This document shows positions 1 through 9,630 of a stretch of DNA of 64,000 bases, one piece after another. The DNA is taken from assembly GCA_963765495.1 (NCBI GenBank), contig CAVXWP010000007.1, positions 352,001-416,000 of the forward strand, read 5' to 3'. A model generated the notes under the pieces. That model did no database searches, was not told where the DNA came from, and worked only from the letters and a program-made list of their open reading frames with translations. How positions within the stretch are numbered: the first letter of the stretch is position 1; the number at the start of each line of letters is the position of its first letter. A program made the translations under genes and the position numbers. Source of the stretch: Blastocatellia bacterium (GTDB lineage: Bacteria; Acidobacteriota; Blastocatellia; UBA7656).

Positions 1-334
1 CCACGGCCGGGCCGTGTATGCGAGCGATGATCGGCTTTGGCAGTCTTCGCATCGCGAGAATTGTCGGGTTTGTGCGGTCGCGCAGAGCCGAGGTCACATC
101 GAATTGTGTGATGTCGGCTTTGCTTGTGGCTTCAAGGTCTGCACCCGCGCAGAAGGCCTCTCCGATGCCTGTGAGGATGACGACTTTGCTCTCATCGGTA
201 AACGAGCGATTGATTTCCTGATGGAGCAACTGAGTCGTTTCCGTATCAACCGAGTTTCGCCGTTCAGGACGATTGATGGTAATTTGCTTTATGCCTTCAC
301 TGAGGCTGACCAGTAGTTTATCGCTTGCGGCCAT
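1..334 (-). CDS. Enoyl-CoA hydratase/isomerase (crotonase family), 3' end outside the window
   Basis: Not in the ORF track. Manual translation from ATG at 334 gives MAASDKLLVSLSEGIKQITINRPERRNSVD...KVVILTGIGEAFCAGADL, a typical crotonase N-terminus. Confidence 0.85.
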   Translation of the reverse strand, partial: MAASDKLLVSLSEGIKQITINRPERRNSVDTETTQLLHQEINRSFTDESKVVILTGIGEAFCAGADLEATSKADITQFDVTSALRDRTNPTILAMRRLPKPIIARIHGPAV

Positions 335-458
335 ATTGTGCCCCTTTCTGTTGTTGGTTAGCAATTTATGCGGGTTGCGTTATTCTCTTACAAAGTCGCC
401 GGATTTGCAATCAAGAGTCGATTGTCTTAATATCGCACCGCTCACCAGTGGAAGAGGT

Positions 459-564
459 ATTCGTGATACGTGATTTGTGATGCGTGACTTTCAGGCAGTT
501 GCCCCGCAACAAGCGGATTGCAAATCTAACAAATCACGCATCAGGAATCACGTATCACGTATCA
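459..564. repeat. Heptamer inverted-arm element (NNCGTGA x4 / TCACGNA x4)
   Basis: Left arm ttcgtga tacgtga tttgtga tgcgtga (459-487), ~45-nt spacer, right arm tcacgca tcaggaa tcacgta tcacgta (533-564). Confidence 0.85.
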
Positions 565-582
565 TCAATAAGGAGCGGGCCA

Positions 583-2721
583 ATGAAGAGAGCACTACTT
601 ATCATCATCGCCTTTTCGCTAATGTCGCCGTTTGCCGCGCGGTCTGTAGCCACGACCGGCGCAAGCGACACAGCGACGATCTATCGTGACGAATACGGCA
701 TACCTCATGTCTTTGCCGATACGCTCGAAACGGCAGCCTTTGCCGTAGGCTATGCTCAGGCCGAGGACCGGCTGGAAGAGTTATTGAAGAATTATCGTCG
801 CGCCGCAGGCACTATGTCTGAGGTGTTCGGCCCGGAGTATTACCGCGACGATTACATCCAGCGCGTGTGGCGGCACGAAGAGATCAGCCGCGAAAAATAC
901 AACGAGGTCAACCCGAAAATCCGCGCGGTCTTCGAATCCTTCCAGGAAGGCGTGAAGCTCTTTATGAAAGAGCACCCCGATCAGGTTCCTTCCTGGGCGC
1001 AGGAGATTCACCCCTGGGATATAGTGGCGCTTTCACGCTACATCATCTGGGGCTGGCCTATGGGTGAGGCGGCGGGCGAGTTGCAGAGGGCCGGAATAAA
1101 GCTCGACCCGATAGCCTATCACGGCTCGAATCAGATGCTGATAGCTCCGAGCCGTACGACTATGCACGCACCCATCGCGGTCATCGATCCGCATCTTAGC
1201 TGGTACGGTGAGTTTCGATTCTACGAGGTCAGAATCTATGCGGGCGACTTCAACGTCTCGGGCGTCTCGATACTCGGAGTGCCTATCCCGAGCCTCGGTC
1301 ACAGCCGCTATTGCTCGATTGCGATGACGACGGGCGGGCCTGATACCTCCGATGTCTATGAAGAAGAGATCAACCCTGCAAACCCGCGCCAGTATCGCTA
1401 TGACGGCAAGTGGCGCGATATGGAGGTTCGCAAAGAGAAGATCGGCGTGAAAAACGGCGATAAAACCGACTGGCGCGAGGTCGAGATCGAGTACACGCAT
1501 CACGGCCCGGTGGTCGCTCGCAAGGAAGGAAAGGCTTACACGATGGCCATTCCCTACATGAACGAAGTGAAACTGAGCGATCAGATTTACGACATGATGA
1601 TGGCGCACAATCTGGATGAGATGAAGAAGGCGATGTCCGAGCTTCAACTGATGTCTCAAAACGTCATGATAGGAACCGTTCAGGGAGACATCTATTATGT
1701 TCGCAACGGGCGCGTGCCGATTCGCGCAAAGGGCGTGGACCCGAGCAAGCCTGTGCCCGGCAACACATCGGCCACCGAATGGCAGGGGCTTCATAAGTTT
1801 TCGGACCTCGTGCAGATTACAAATCCGCCCTCCGGCTACATGCATAATTGCAATGTCACGCCGTTTGGGATGATGAAAAACAGCCCGCTCACGCCCGAAA
1901 AGTACGCCGACCACCCTTACCTCTACAACGCCACGCGAGACTATCCGCGTCATCAGCGCGCGGAGATGATGACCGACCTGCTCGACGCGGCTACCAGGGT
2001 AAACGAGCAACAGGCCATCGACATCGCCTTCAGCCCGCAGGTGTGGCACGCAGAGACGTGGCAGCAGGCATTAAAGACGGCCTGGGAGAAATCGCCGGAA
2101 TCTGCCCGTACTGCCGATACAAAAGAGGTCTACGAGTTGATAGAAAAATGGAACCGTCGCAGCGATGCCGACTCCGAAGGGGCTCTTGCCTTCTACGCTT
2201 TCAAGAAGGGGCTTGGCCCGGAGCTGGCCAAAGAAGTCACGCCGCCCGCGACCGTTTCCGGCGAGCAGATGACGGCGGCCCTCAAGAGCGCGGCCGAATG
2301 GCTCAAGTCAAATTTCGGATCGCTTCACGTCCCCTACGGGACGTACTTTCGCGTAGGCCGGGCAGAGGGCGACAAGACCTGGCCCGTTGGAGGCGGATCG
2401 CTCAACGGCGGACAGAACAACGTAGGCATGGCCACGCCTCGGGCGATCTCTTTCGGAGAGGTTGGAAAAGTGATGGTGGGCCGTGGCGGGCAGACTTCTA
2501 CACAGATAGTGATACTGACCAATCCGCCAAAGTCCTATGCCATCATCCCGCTTGGCGAAAGCGATCACAAGAATAGCGGTCACTGGGACGATCAGGCCGA
2601 AAAGCTGTTTAGCAAGAGCAAAGTGGCCCCGACTTACTTTATGGACAAGAAAGCGTTGATGCAGCACGTTTCGGCAAAGAAAGAATTGAAACGCGCGGCA
2701 GCCTCACAGGCCGGACAATAA
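583..2721 (+). CDS. Penicillin acylase family (Ntn-hydrolase, S45) protein, secreted
   Basis: AAGGAG RBS before ATG 583; signal peptide; [11 protein letters not shown] and GYAQAEDRL motifs; autocatalytic GSN(Q) motif; DPHL. Confidence 0.9.
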   Translation: MKRALLIIIAFSLMSPFAARSVATTGASDTATIYRDEYGIPHVFADTLETAAFAVGYAQAEDRLEELLKNYRRAAGTMSEVFGPEYYRDDYIQRVWRHEEISREKYNEVNPKIRAVFESFQEGVKLFMKEHPDQVPSWAQEIHPWDIVALSRYIIWGWPMGEAAGELQRAGIKLDPIAYHGSNQMLIAPSRTTMHAPIAVIDPHLSWYGEFRFYEVRIYAGDFNVSGVSILGVPIPSLGHSRYCSIAMTTGGPDTSDVYEEEINPANPRQYRYDGKWRDMEVRKEKIGVKNGDKTDWREVEIEYTHHGPVVARKEGKAYTMAIPYMNEVKLSDQIYDMMMAHNLDEMKKAMSELQLMSQNVMIGTVQGDIYYVRNGRVPIRAKGVDPSKPVPGNTSATEWQGLHKFSDLVQITNPPSGYMHNCNVTPFGMMKNSPLTPEKYADHPYLYNATRDYPRHQRAEMMTDLLDAATRVNEQQAIDIAFSPQVWHAETWQQALKTAWEKSPESARTADTKEVYELIEKWNRRSDADSEGALAFYAFKKGLGPELAKEVTPPATVSGEQMTAALKSAAEWLKSNFGSLHVPYGTYFRVGRAEGDKTWPVGGGSLNGGQNNVGMATPRAISFGEVGKVMVGRGGQTSTQIVILTNPPKSYAIIPLGESDHKNSGHWDDQAEKLFSKSKVAPTYFMDKKALMQHVSAKKELKRAAASQAGQ

Positions 2722-2736
2722 ATCACTTGCTGACCG

Positions 2737-2782
2737 GAGATGGGAGATTTGGGATCTCAAATCTCCCATCTCAAATCTCAGA
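2737..2782. repeat. Heptamer palindromic element (GAGATKK / CTCMMAT), possible terminator
   Basis: gagatgggagatttggga-tctcaaatctcccatctc is a near-perfect palindrome, followed by extra atctcaa units, just after the acylase stop. Confidence 0.75.
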
Positions 2783-2827
2783 GCGCACCCCCCGGACATG
2801 TTATAATCCTTGCCGGTATAGTTTGCG

Positions 2828-4153
2828 ATGGCCAATTTCACCGTAATTGAACCGATGTCGGCAGGCGATGTGATAGACCGCTCCGTGCGGCTCTATCGCC
2901 GCAACTTCGCCCCGCTCATCACCATAGTTGCCGTGCCTACCCTGTTCGGCTATCTGTCGTCGCTGATGTTCTGGTTTGGTCTGTTAGAGATGGAGGGCGA
3001 TGCCTCCTCAGGGTCCTACGCCATAGGGCTTGTGATGCTGCTGCTCGGCGGGCTTGGTTATCCTCTTTCGATGTTCATATTGCTTGTGACCTTTTCGGGG
3101 CTCTCTCGCGTCATAGGCGATCATTTGATGTTGAACGAGACGATCACCTTACGCAAATGTCTCTCTGCGGTTCGCCGCCGCCTCGGCGATATTACCTTGA
3201 TGGGGTTGCTTTCGATAGCCATTTTAGTGGCGCTCTACATAGCCTTTTCCATAATACTCTTTGTGTTGTTGATGATCGTAGGCGTGGTTGCGGGAATCAC
3301 CGCCACTCTCGGTCTGCCGCCCTGGATGATGTCGGTAGTGATGGTAGTCATAGTGCTGGTGGCGGTGAGTCTGGGTATTATAGGGATGTTGCTGGTCATT
3401 TCCCGCGTGATATTTTTGCCGCAGGTAGTGATGATCGAAGGCCAGGGGGCGGGCAATGCGCTCGGGCGCGCCATGCAGTTGGGGAAAGGGAATTGGTACA
3501 AGGTCGGCGCGATTGTGCTGTTCAGCTATTTCGTTTCAATATCGTTGCTTGCCGCGCTTACCCTGCCCGTGCTTTTCGCGCTGAATCTTATGGACATGGT
3601 GACAACGGAATTCATTTTCGGCCCCATCTGGAATGTGATCTATACGGCGTTCAATCAATTGACCAATCTGCTGGTGCTGCCTATCTGGGTAGTCTCTTTC
3701 ACTATGCTCTATTTCGACAGCCGCGTTCGCAAAGAGGCCTACGACATCGAATTGCTCGCGCAGGAAGTGGCCCCGGGGTTTTACTGGCAGCCCACAGTTC
3801 AACAGGCGGCATTCGGCTATCAAATGCCAGTGGTCGCGGGAACGGGGCGCGCCTATATTCAAACAAGCCCGCTCGGGCTGGCGGGCTACCGTCCGCCTCC
3901 CGCCCCTCCCCCCGTCGTGGCTCAACCGGCTGGGAGCGGAGAGGAAGACCTGCGACAAAAATTTGATCGCGCCGCCGCCGCGCTTGACCCGCCGGGCGAT
4001 AACATCCCGACCTCTCCGACAGACTCACAAACCGGGCAGGTCGGTTGTCGGAAGTGCGGTATGATGCTTGAGCCTGACGCGGGATTCTGTACGCGATGCG
4101 GCAGCCCGGCATCTACCCGGGCTGCCGAAGATCAGGAGAGGGAAGACGCATAG
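2828..4153 (+). CDS. Integral membrane protein (GPDPase-membrane-domain-like) with Pro-rich linker and C-terminal zinc ribbon
   Basis: Several TM helices, LYFDSRVRKEAYDIE motif, C-terminal CRKC...FCTRC. Confidence 0.75.
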   Translation: MANFTVIEPMSAGDVIDRSVRLYRRNFAPLITIVAVPTLFGYLSSLMFWFGLLEMEGDASSGSYAIGLVMLLLGGLGYPLSMFILLVTFSGLSRVIGDHLMLNETITLRKCLSAVRRRLGDITLMGLLSIAILVALYIAFSIILFVLLMIVGVVAGITATLGLPPWMMSVVMVVIVLVAVSLGIIGMLLVISRVIFLPQVVMIEGQGAGNALGRAMQLGKGNWYKVGAIVLFSYFVSISLLAALTLPVLFALNLMDMVTTEFIFGPIWNVIYTAFNQLTNLLVLPIWVVSFTMLYFDSRVRKEAYDIELLAQEVAPGFYWQPTVQQAAFGYQMPVVAGTGRAYIQTSPLGLAGYRPPPAPPPVVAQPAGSGEEDLRQKFDRAAAALDPPGDNIPTSPTDSQTGQVGCRKCGMMLEPDAGFCTRCGSPASTRAAEDQEREDA

Positions 4154-4158
4154 ATAGG

Positions 4159-5232
4159 ATGACAGGTCGGGTGATAAGTCGGGTGATAAGTCGGGTGATA
4201 AGTCGGATGACGGGGCCGATTGCAATTACATGGTTTTTGCTCGTAATCGTTGCCAAAGCGTCGGGCGCAAGCGATGTGCTCAACTATGAAAACCGGGTCT
4301 TTCGCGCGGGCGAGCAGGTGGAGCGCATAAAGACCGACAAAGAATACAGCGTAGAAGGCATAGACACCATAAAGCACCTGCTTCCGAGATCTGAAGATAT
4401 CAGGATGAATGATCAGGTGGTCGAGGTAAACAACACCTGGCTCTATGTTATGCTCGATTCCTACACGGCTGAAAGCGATCCTCAACAAAAAAAGGCAAAA
4501 CTTGACGAGGTGGCAGAACGCCTCGAAGCTCTCGACGAACATCTGCGCGCCGTTGTGAGTGAAGTTTCCGGTAATAAGGCGGCCAGCAAGTCGCATGAAC
4601 AGATAGAGCGGATACTTGCGCGCAGGGAGTATAAGCAAAAGAGCGAGAGCGCGATAGCGGCCTTTATAAGGCGAGTGCGGGAATCGGTCTTTGAATTTCT
4701 GCGCGACATGTATATACGGCTGGCCGAGGCATTGTTTGGGGAAGGCACACGCGCAAACTGGTTCTTTCGCGGATTGATAATTGCCGGGCTTGTTGTGCTG
4801 CTCGGTGTCGCCGTGCGAATGGTTATGGGGATCAAACGCGGCGAGAGACGAAAAAAGAAGCGTACGGTGCTTGGCGAAGAACTCGACTCCGATTTGACGG
4901 CGGCCGATCTTGCCAATGCCGCGACTGCCGCCGCGCGAGCCGGAGACTTTCGGACCGCGATGCGCAAGCTCTATATCTCGCTTCTTTACGATCTGGCCGA
5001 GCGCAATTTGATAGAGCTTGAGCCGAACGCGACAAATCGCGAGTACCTTGCCCGTGTCAGCCGCTATCCGGTGCTCGTCAAGCCTATGCTTTATATGACA
5101 GACCGATTCGATTACTTCTGGTATGGAATGTTTCCCTCATCGGAACAGGATTTTTCATCGTATCTTGAGAGCTATAAAGAGGCCATGGCAAGGGCGCGCA
5201 ATCTCGGCGAGCAGGCAGTTGCAACGGCCTGA
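4159..5232 (+). CDS. DUF4129 domain membrane protein
   Basis: TM segment followed by AARAGDFRTAMRKLYISLLYDL...ATNREYL...FDYFWYG; start probably ATG 4159 or 4207. Confidence 0.8.
   Translation: MTGRVISRVISRVISRMTGPIAITWFLLVIVAKASGASDVLNYENRVFRAGEQVERIKTDKEYSVEGIDTIKHLLPRSEDIRMNDQVVEVNNTWLYVMLDSYTAESDPQQKKAKLDEVAERLEALDEHLRAVVSEVSGNKAASKSHEQIERILARREYKQKSESAIAAFIRRVRESVFEFLRDMYIRLAEALFGEGTRANWFFRGLIIAGLVVLLGVAVRMVMGIKRGERRKKKRTVLGEELDSDLTAADLANAATAAARAGDFRTAMRKLYISLLYDLAERNLIELEPNATNREYLARVSRYPVLVKPMLYMTDRFDYFWYGMFPSSEQDFSSYLESYKEAMARARNLGEQAVATA
4166..4210 (+). repeat. 12-bp tandem repeat GTCGGGTGATAA x3.7 (encodes RVIS repeats)
   Basis: Read directly from the sequence at the 5' end of the DUF4129 gene. 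Confidence 0.9.
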
Positions 5233-5270
5233 AGACGATTGATTCATTAACGTTTTACAGAAACTCTGAG

Positions 5271-6038
5271 ATGGCAGACTTACACATTATTGCGGGTCCT
5301 CGCGCAGGCGAGACGGTCGCCCTCGATAAAAACAAAATCACGTTTGGGCGTCATTCGACCTGCGATTTTGTCCTGAAAGACAGAACCGTCTCTCGTCTGC
5401 ATTTCTATGTAGAGCGCACCGGAGACAAGTTTTTTCTGATAGATCAGGAGAGCAACAACGGCACTTTCGTAAACGACGAGCAGGTATCGTGGGTCGAGTT
5501 GAAGGATAAAGACAAAATCGAGGTCGGGATCTCTGTAATGATTGCCGAACTGCCTGAAAGACAAAAGCAACCTGTCGCGGAAAACCCTTCCGCGAAAAGA
5601 GAGCCCTCGTCAGCCGGCGGGGGGGTGCCGCGCTCGCCCTTCGATGCGGAGCACAAACGCACCTATCCGGGCGAGTATCTCGAAGGCATAGAGCTATTCA
5701 ACGCGGGGCGATACTTTGACGCTCACGAAATCTGGGAAGAGATATGGCTCCGCTCATCGGGCGCGACAAAGCTCTTTTACCAGATGCTTATACAGGCGGC
5801 CGTAGGACTGCATCATTACGAACGCGGCAACGCTCGCGGTGGGCGCGGTATGCACAAAGCCGTTGCGGGAAAGATCGGACAACTGCCAAAGATTTTTATG
5901 TCGCTCGACGTAGCAGATTTCTCGCATCAGTATAATCTTTTCTTTGCCGACCTGATCGAGCGTGACAATGAAGCCGCTCCTCCGACAGATCGGCCTCGAC
6001 CTTTCATCCGCCTGCTCGGCGGCAATGAGCGGCAATGA
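5271..6038 (+). CDS. FHA domain fused to DUF309 domain
   Basis: N-terminal FGR...VSRLH...SNNGTFVN (FHA); C-terminal GIELFNAGRYFDAHEIWEEIW...QAAVGLHH (DUF309). Confidence 0.85.
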   Translation: MADLHIIAGPRAGETVALDKNKITFGRHSTCDFVLKDRTVSRLHFYVERTGDKFFLIDQESNNGTFVNDEQVSWVELKDKDKIEVGISVMIAELPERQKQPVAENPSAKREPSSAGGGVPRSPFDAEHKRTYPGEYLEGIELFNAGRYFDAHEIWEEIWLRSSGATKLFYQMLIQAAVGLHHYERGNARGGRGMHKAVAGKIGQLPKIFMSLDVADFSHQYNLFFADLIERDNEAAPPTDRPRPFIRLLGGNERQ

Positions 6039-6050
6039 ACGGGCGAACAG

Positions 6051-7349
6051 GTGAATCAAGCGATGGATAAAAAATGTGAAGCGCTTGCCTCTTCGCTTGA
6101 GCGCGTGGTCGGGTCTGGCTTTGTCACAGCCAAACCGGCTCTGATGATTGACGGATTTCATCCATCATTTCTGGTCCGCCCGTGTTCAACCGAAGAGGCG
6201 ATGGAATGTTTGCATCTGTCGGGTGATGCGGGGAAGGCGGTTGTTCCGGCAGGTCTCGGGACATGGCTTGAATGCGGCAACCCGCTTCGCCGCGCTGATG
6301 TGGTCCTGAGTCTTGAGCGAATGAACCGGATCATCGAATACAGCCCGCCCGACCTCACCGTCACCGTTCAGGCGGGGCTGACGCTCGAAGAATTGAACAA
6401 TCGCACCCGGCAAGAGAGACAGTGGTTGCCGCTCGACCCGCCCGGAGCGCAATCCGCATCGCTAGGCGCAATCGCCGCGTGCGCGCAAAGCGGTCCGCTC
6501 AGGCTCGGCTTCGGCACTCCGCGCGATTACGTCATAGGGTTGAGTCTTGCCCATATTGACGGAAGACGGAGCAAAGCGGGCGGGCGAGTGGCAAAAAACG
6601 TAGCCGGTTATGATATGAACAAGCTCTATGTAGGGAGCTTTGGCACGCTGGCCGTCCTGACCGAAATCACTTTCAAACTGCGCCCTCTGCCCGAGCGTTT
6701 CGCCACGGTTTTGATAACTTCTCTTCCCACCCGTTCGCTTGCCGCAAGCGCCCGGCGCGTGCTCGATTCTGCGCTTTTGCCCGCCTCGATTTTTGTGACA
6801 AAGCGAGCGCCCGCCGAGATGCTTTCGGCCATGGGCACGGATCAGGCGTTGTTGATACGTTTCGCCGAAAGCGAGGCAGCGGTCAAACATCAGATTGAAT
6901 GGATAGGCGAGAACCTGGATAAAGAGGCGCGGGCGATTACGCTCGACGATGCGGAAGCCGGACGCGTCTGGGCGCAAATAGCCGATATCGACCTGCTTGC
7001 CGGAAACGCGCTGCGATTGAGCGTGCCTGTGTCGGCGGTCGCAGATTTATTTGAACGGGTGGTACAAATGGTCCCCGACTCTGTCGCGGCGATGGATGTC
7101 GGCACTGGTATAATAAGGGTGGCCTTTGATGCGGATGATCGGAAAGCCATTGAAGTGATAAAAAAAATCCGCCAGGATGCCCGATCTGCGGGCGGAACGG
7201 TTTTTATAGAGCGCGCTTCTATGGATGTGCGGCAAGAGGCGGATGCCTGGGGCGATGCGGGAGCGGCTCTGGGTCTGATGAAATCCTTGAAATCCAGTTT
7301 TGATCCCGGGTCGCTTTTGAACCCCGGGCGCTTTGTTTCAGGCATTTAA
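6051..7349 (+). CDS. glcE: FAD-binding oxidoreductase, glycolate oxidase GlcE-like subunit
   Basis: LPLDPP, SGPLRLGFGTPRDYVIG, GGRVAKNVAGYDMNKL, FDPGSLLNPGR; lies next to a glcF-like gene. Confidence 0.8.
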   Translation: MNQAMDKKCEALASSLERVVGSGFVTAKPALMIDGFHPSFLVRPCSTEEAMECLHLSGDAGKAVVPAGLGTWLECGNPLRRADVVLSLERMNRIIEYSPPDLTVTVQAGLTLEELNNRTRQERQWLPLDPPGAQSASLGAIAACAQSGPLRLGFGTPRDYVIGLSLAHIDGRRSKAGGRVAKNVAGYDMNKLYVGSFGTLAVLTEITFKLRPLPERFATVLITSLPTRSLAASARRVLDSALLPASIFVTKRAPAEMLSAMGTDQALLIRFAESEAAVKHQIEWIGENLDKEARAITLDDAEAGRVWAQIADIDLLAGNALRLSVPVSAVADLFERVVQMVPDSVAAMDVGTGIIRVAFDADDRKAIEVIKKIRQDARSAGGTVFIERASMDVRQEADAWGDAGAALGLMKSLKSSFDPGSLLNPGRFVSGI

Positions 7350-7365
7350 GATTTAATTAAATTTG

Positions 7366-8727
7366 ATGACTGCAACCACTAAAAGAATAGATGACAAAGA
7401 CAGGCTTGCCTCTATGCTCGAAGAGAACAGCGAGAAGCTGTTGACTTGCGTTCACTGCGGATTGTGTCTGCCTTCTTGTCCTACCTATCGCGAACTCGGC
7501 AACGAAAACGACTCGCCGCGTGGCCGGGTTTATCTGATGCGCGGGCTTGTAGAAGGCAAACTCCAGATGGGCGATGCGTTTATCTCGCACATAGACCTGT
7601 GCCTCGGTTGCCGGGCCTGCGAAACCGTATGTCCTTCCGGCGTTCCCTACGGTCATCTGCTTGAGGCGGCGCGCGTTGAGGTAGCCCGCGCCAAACGAGA
7701 GCGCCCTTCAATCAAAGAACGGGCCACAGAACGGGCAGCGAGCTTTATTTTGAATCGGATTTTCACAAGCCCACGCCTGCTTGGCGCGTTGATGAGCTTA
7801 GCCAGATCAGTGAGAGACACAGGGTTTGCGCGGCTCGCCTTTGATAATAATCTTGTGAGCGGAAGGCTCAGGCTCGCGCTCGCGCTTCTTCTTGCCAGCA
7901 GATCTCCGTTTGGGAACCGACAGGCGAGTGAACAGCGAATCGTCGAATCTGAAGCGGCAGCCGAAGGCACGCGAGTCGCGCTCTTGCGCGGCTGCGTTAT
8001 GGAAGGGCTGTTTCGAGAGGTCAATCGTGCTACCGAGCGGGTGCTTTCTCGCCAGGGGTGTGAACTCGTAGAGGCGGGCGGCCAGATGTGCTGCGGCGCG
8101 CTCCACGCTCACGCGGGCCAGATTGAGACGGCGAGGGAACTGGCCAGGAACAACATCAGGGCGTTTGCTGAAAGCGGATGCGAATTTGTGATAGTCAACT
8201 CGGCCGGATGCGGCGCGGCCATGAAGGAGTATGACGCGCTGCTTGCCGATGATCCTGAATATGCCGGTCAGGCGAAAGAGTTTGTCTCGAAGGTAAAGGA
8301 TGTTTCGGAATTTCTGATCAATCGCGGTCTCGCGGCCCCACAACACGGAATAAAACGGCGGATTACTTATGACGCGCCGTGTCACCTGATACACGCGCAG
8401 CGAATTGCCGAGGCCCCCGTTGATGTATTAGAGGCGATCCCCGGTCTGAGCATTATTGCGCTCAAGGGCGCGGAGAACTGTTGTGGCGGGGCCGGGATTT
8501 ACAACCTGCAACACACGGAGTTGAGCGCAAAGATACTGTCGGATAAGATCGGAAATATACGGGCAAGCGGCGCTCAAACGGTTGCGACAGCCAATCCCGG
8601 ATGTATAATGCAAATTGGCGCGGGAGCGTTGCTTGCCGGGCTGGATGTGGAGGTTGTTCATCCAATCGAATTGCTCGACGCCGCTTACGGCGAGAGTAAG
8701 GAAGGGCAGGAACTTTCTAAATCCTGA
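7366..8727 (+). CDS. glcF: Glycolate oxidase Fe-S subunit (4Fe-4S dicluster + CCG domains)
   Basis: CVHCGLCLPSCPTY, DSPRGR, CLGCRACETVCPSGV and two CCG motifs. Confidence 0.85.
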   Translation: MTATTKRIDDKDRLASMLEENSEKLLTCVHCGLCLPSCPTYRELGNENDSPRGRVYLMRGLVEGKLQMGDAFISHIDLCLGCRACETVCPSGVPYGHLLEAARVEVARAKRERPSIKERATERAASFILNRIFTSPRLLGALMSLARSVRDTGFARLAFDNNLVSGRLRLALALLLASRSPFGNRQASEQRIVESEAAAEGTRVALLRGCVMEGLFREVNRATERVLSRQGCELVEAGGQMCCGALHAHAGQIETARELARNNIRAFAESGCEFVIVNSAGCGAAMKEYDALLADDPEYAGQAKEFVSKVKDVSEFLINRGLAAPQHGIKRRITYDAPCHLIHAQRIAEAPVDVLEAIPGLSIIALKGAENCCGGAGIYNLQHTELSAKILSDKIGNIRASGAQTVATANPGCIMQIGAGALLAGLDVEVVHPIELLDAAYGESKEGQELSKS

Positions 8728-8766
8728 GTTTTGGAGCTAGATCGCGGGGTGAATGAATCACGATTC

Positions 8767-9210
8767 ATGCGAACAAGGGTTGCGATTCGATTTTTTTTCA
8801 TTTTAGCGGCAACGCTCACTCCGAGCGTTCGGGTCACGGGGCGTAGCCTCCAATCAGACGAATACGGGCCCGAGGTAAAATCCTTCCTCGAATACCTGCA
8901 TCACGAAGATATAGAACTGGAATTTCAGATACAGCGCAACGAGATTACGCGCCAGGGTTACAATCGCGCGAAAAACAAGATAATCATCCTCCGGCAGACC
9001 GTTCTCGGTATAGTCAAACAGACGGGGCAGGATGTTGTGCCTGAATTACACGTGGTCGCCTCCGACGAGCTTTATCAACTGATCGGAGACGAAGCTTCGG
9101 CGCTCAAGAGTGTGAAGAAGGGAGAGATCGTGCACGAACGTTGGCGCTTGATAGGCAAGGTAAGTCGCGGAGAGGTCTATTATATCTTCGAGCGCCTGCC
9201 CCGAAGCTGA
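8767..9210 (+). CDS. Hypothetical secreted protein
   Basis: ORF with a signal-peptide-like N-terminus (MRTRVAIRFFFILAATL); no family recognised. Confidence 0.65.
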   Translation: MRTRVAIRFFFILAATLTPSVRVTGRSLQSDEYGPEVKSFLEYLHHEDIELEFQIQRNEITRQGYNRAKNKIIILRQTVLGIVKQTGQDVVPELHVVASDELYQLIGDEASALKSVKKGEIVHERWRLIGKVSRGEVYYIFERLPRS

Positions 9211-9471
9211 CGCGGGGCCGGGGGCCAGGGGTCAGGGGCCGGGGTGTCGGGTTCATATCCGCGAAAATCCGCCCGATCCGCGTCATCCGCGGCCTATTTC
9301 AAGTATTCTAACCTGCATGTTGAAAATCTTTATGATTCTACGAATTCGATTGCCAAACGTCATCATCTGAAAAGATTTGATATTACTGATTAAACCGATT
9401 AATAAGTTTCGCTTTTATCAGGCTCTTTCTCAACTCAACCCCGCCCCCTGACCCCTGGCCCCCGGCCCCCG
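9211..9471. repeat. G-rich heptamer inverted-arm element (CRGGGGY / RCCCCYG) enclosing a 46-bp dispersed repeat and an AT-rich spacer
   Basis: Left arm cggggccgggggccaggggtcaggggccggggtgtcgggtt; right arm aaccccgccccctgacccctggcccccggccccc. Confidence 0.85.
9257..9302 (+). repeat. 46-bp dispersed repeat copy 1 (ATCCGC units x4 + CTATTTCAA)
   Basis: Near-identical copies at 17670-17715 and 53059-53104. Confidence 0.9.
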
Positions 9472-9484
9472 ATTGACTCAACTG

Positions 9485-9512
9485 TTGACATTCAGCCGAT
9501 AGATTGTAATAT
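9485..9512 (+). promoter_or_regulatory. Sigma70-type promoter of pilT
   Basis: TTGACA (9485-9490), 16 bp, TAATAT (9507-9512). Confidence 0.6.
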
Positions 9513-9630
9513 CGAAGCAGGTTTGCTGGACCCCCTCCGAGCAGTGACTAATCGGATTGCCCCTTTATCGCTGACCTCAATAATCATTTAATAAGGGGCT
9601 GGCCAAACGCCCTCCCAGGAATTTCTCGCA

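Noticed and set aside
1033-2049. Long antisense or alternative-frame ORFs (e.g. 1033-2049, 1848-2576, 3157-3966, 17556-18566)
   Set aside because: They overlap well-supported genes and carry no motifs; such frames are expected in GC-rich DNA.
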